Assembly: GCF_003704095.1 (NCBI RefSeq)
Contig: NW_020846169.1
Span: forward strand, 62,001-126,000
From: Pocillopora damicornis
Lineage: Eukaryota
Reading direction: 5' to 3'
Length of the DNA stretch: 64,000 nt
Made by a program: the position numbers and the translations under genes. Below, one piece after another: positions 60,318 to 64,000 of this stretch (positions within the stretch are counted from its first letter, which is position 1; every line of letters begins with the position of its first letter). The notes under the pieces were generated by a model, which did no database searches, was not told where the DNA came from, and saw nothing but the letters and a program-made list of their open reading frames with translations.

Positions 60318-63300
60318 TTTTTTTTAAATTTTTGAAAAAATTCTCATCACAGCATATTTCATAAAGAAGGTAAAGAGATTGAAGTTGAATTTTTTCTTTG
60401 TAGCAAAGGATCAATAATTAATTCATATTGTACAGGATAACTTTTGTATTGAAAGTTATTACCAAGTAGAATACAGCTTACTGGTACTAAAAATGGTCGT
60501 GATGCTTGGGAGAAGTACCACAGTACTGATTTTTGTTCAGTCTAAATTTTCTTATGAATCATTGCATTCCTGTATCTAAATTGTGGGGCAGAAACATCTA
60601 TCTTTGGCATTTGGTGGCAAGTAGGAATTTTAAATCAAGGTCTGCAAGATTTGAACCTGAATACTGAATAAACAGGTACTAGAAATGTACCAAGAGTCAA
60701 GGCACAGTTGTTGTGGAATGTTTCTCCAATGATTAGACCTCATATGAGAAGGTGAGAATATGAGATAGAGAATCATAATTATAAGGGATGTTTTGTCTCC
60801 TCTGTCAGTTTGGGAACACTGAAAATCATTTTGACCAGAGTGCATATGATAGCTTCAGTCATCACCATAAGAAAATGATTGAACTCATTCCTATGATTGT
60901 CTTAGATTTTCAATGTTGTAATGAGTATGCAAAATCTGGCATGGAATAATCACATCCAAATGGCATATGCTCCTTCATTGCAATCTCACCAATGGATATC
61001 TCAGTTTCAGTCATTTGTAACTGTTGACCCTGGACCAAGATGCCCACAACCAGTCAAGGAGCTTTCCTAAGCCTTACTCATTCCCACAAGATCTTAACAT
61101 TCATCTGATTAATATTATGATAGTTATGGGGCTTGTGGGAATTAATCTATGCTCCAAAGATTTGACACCCATCCTTCCTTTCAACCCAATGCCATTTCCT
61201 TGCAAGTTTTTTGAAATATTGTTTTTAGTTTAAGAGGCCTTGGTGCAAACACATCTGTAATGTGGACAGACACTTTCTACCTGTTTGGACAAAGCTATTA
61301 AAATATTGGGGTTCGTATTTCATTTTGGGTGTATGGAACCCTTAGTAGTAATCTCCTTTGACAGAGATCATTACAAAATCCACCAAGTATGGTATGGGCC
61401 TGAGAAATTACAAAAAAGCTCACATGACACGAGGGATCTGTAGTTACAATTTAGATTCCCCCACCCCAGCATTCCAATCCTTGGTAATACTCTACATGAA
61501 ACCATGGTGAGATTGGATTTTACTCAACCTCACTGGGTTGGGCAGGATCCTGGTATACAAGTGTGATGGGCAGTATTTCGTTTTGGTATGATGACATTGG
61601 AAATATGCCCCCTTCCTCCCTTCTTACCAATGTTGATTCCATTTGTCAAGTGCCTAGTCTTAAATTGGCAGTAGAGTTTAAACAGTTGTTGATGGAGTGA
61701 GGGGGAATTTGGGGTTAATATTGTAGACAATCATCTTGTATGTAGAATTTATTGCAAAATGTCTCACTGGAACTTTTAATAATGGTTTCACTTAGAAATT
61801 ACCCTGTATGTGCCTCAGTACAGGCCCAGTGTACAATACAGAAGTGTTTTTCAGTGCTTTGAGTGCAATCACATCCTTATGTATAGACAGAGAGAAATCC
61901 TATGAATCTTAATCAACAATAATATCAAACAGAATTTTGACTAAACCTCTTCATAAACCTTTTACCCTTCCAGAACATACTGGTACTGGTAAACTGATTA
62001 TGATTTACAAAAAAGACTTCAAAATTCACCCACAAACGATAAGTAAATAGAACAAATAGTCTCCTTTTCTTTTGGCTCAAAGGATGAGAAAACAAAGGTT
62101 CTTGCAGCCATTATTTCTTGAAATTTTACTGTAGTGAGAAATTGAATTCATACTAAATAACAGTAAAAGGGACACTTATGAATTTCAAACCTTAAAAGAA
62201 GCTTTAGATTTTTATTTTTTAATTAATTAAACACCTGGGAAAAAAGTGACTATAAATTGTATAATTTCATTTCCACCATTACCTTTACCAGAAGGGTTTT
62301 TTCCCCTTGCAATTACAGAACTCGGGTATGAAAACTTGATCAAAATTTTTTTTAAGGCTTAACTAATTTTTATGTCTGATTTGGTTTTTCAGAACTTCAA
62401 TGCATGTGTTGATAACCTCTAATGTACTGTGTCATTTCTCTTTTTTACCTGAAAATGAATGGAAAATCATTACTTGTTAAGAAAAGACAATTAGCTATTC
62501 ACTGATCAAATTCTGGGGCAAGAGGAAATAGGTAATGAATTTTTTTACTTTTCCTGGTGTCAACTGACAGAACAAACATTAATATCAACTCTAAAGTTTT
62601 TACGGCCTAGAATCATGCAAGCATGTTTGACTTTCTTTTTAAGACTTAAGTGTTTGCTTCAAGCAATGTAAATACAAAATTGTGATCTTCTATTCTCCTT
62701 TCAAAAAGAACTATCAGTTATTGAAAACTTGTTTCCATGATTACTATTGTTATGCAATGTGTCAGACAAATGAACTGTGCAATCAGTCAAAGGAGTTATT
62801 GATATTTTTGCTTTTATCAAACAATGTCATGCAATTATGGCAACTGTTATTCATTATTATTGCCTCAGCTTCCTAGACGTTTAAGCTTTTTCAAAGCTTT
62901 CAGATTTGAAACTCCTAAATCTTGGAGTAATTTCTCTTTGTAACATGCAAATCTAATAATATTTCTGAGCAATGGACATGCTGTATTTTTGTCACTTGTG
63001 AATGTTTCACCTTCTTTTAAGCTTGAGAAGATGAAATTCTCAGAGAGATTAACTTAAATTCACCAAAAATCTGGACACAAAATCCTACAAGGAGCTTAAA
63101 GCTGACCATCTTCTTACAAAAGAGATTTCTACATTCTCTCTGATGTTTTTCCCAAAAAATCAAGTCAACAGTTAATGAGAATAAACTAAGGAGCTGATTA
63201 GACCCAGGCAGGACAAAAAAAACAGATTCTCTCATGGTGGAAACTTTTCCATGTGAAAATACTTTAAAACCACAAGCATAATGACTATCATGCTAAAAAT

Positions 63301-64000
63301 GGAAAACATTATATCTACAATCTTTTCAATTTAACCTCTAGATTTAAGACAAAATGAAAAAAATTTCTCTTCTCCATAAAGGAATATTTTCCTATTGTTA
63401 ATTGGAATTTACCTTGAGGTTTATTCCAAGATAATTACATAAGACAAATATGCAGATTTCAAGACAAGCACTTAGCGTATTGATTGATAGTTTTATTTCA
63501 AAGCAATAATATTTCATAGCTGTGGGATAAAATATACATAAGGTAAATGCATTTATTGGGATTTTTATCCATTCAGTGGCATTCTGTGTCAAGCCTAATG
63601 GTTCCCTGGGAAATTACATTCCTCCCACATGCTTTTAGCTAAATGTTGTTTGCATTATATCCTTCCATTTTCCTTAGACTTGATGCACAAAAAAAGAAGC
63701 CAATTTCAGCATAGGGGTTGTTTTTGTTAGGATATGTATCTTTTCCTGTTTCTGCTGCAGGGTGTGAGTACCCCCTTACAGATGAAACTAGAAATATCTC
63801 AAACAAGTTTATACATGACCCCAGGTGATTATAAAAAAAAGCACAGAACTTCCTAAGCCATGGAATTGGGTGATTATTTAATTATGCTGTGACACAGGCT
63901 AAGTGGATTTCTAGTAAAGGCTCTCAGAGGATTTCTCCTTGTTTACTAATATCCCAGGGTAAAGATTATCCAAAGGTATTATCTTTATGATAATGTTACT

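Noticed and set aside
60630-61210. Possible decayed Crypton/DUF3504-type recombinase
   Set aside because: Only vague motif resemblance across broken frames; not supportable without an HMM search.

Overview
AT-rich, intron-containing animal genomic DNA. It is most likely from a stony coral or other anthozoan (inferred from the repeat families, not proven). One 100-N scaffold gap lies at 31403-31502. Hand splicing gives ten protein-coding genes: DYNC2LI1 (-, 17 coding exons), RWDD3 (+), an uncharacterised CCDC159-like coiled-coil gene (-, with a decayed piggyBac transposase in an intron), UGCG (+), three Tctex-1-domain dynein light-chain genes with uninterrupted domains (+,-,-), an intronless 3-RRM ELAV/Hu-like gene (-) with an adjacent pseudogenised partial duplicate, MTAP (-) and SGSH (+). 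Six of these form three head-to-head pairs. Introns and intergenic DNA are full of short non-autonomous elements: TTAA piggyBac-type and Kolobok-type MITEs, palindromic MITEs, tRNA-derived SINEs, and a Penelope-like relic with degenerate hammerhead motifs. The most notable items are a possible RFX-regulated ciliary dynein neighbourhood (one Tctex paralog has a calmodulin-target-like helix), a divergent ELAV paralog, apparent ancient synteny with human 1p/9/19p, sharp CpG-depletion boundaries, and an overlapping uORF on UGCG. All exon models were read by eye, so internal exon coordinates are approximate.
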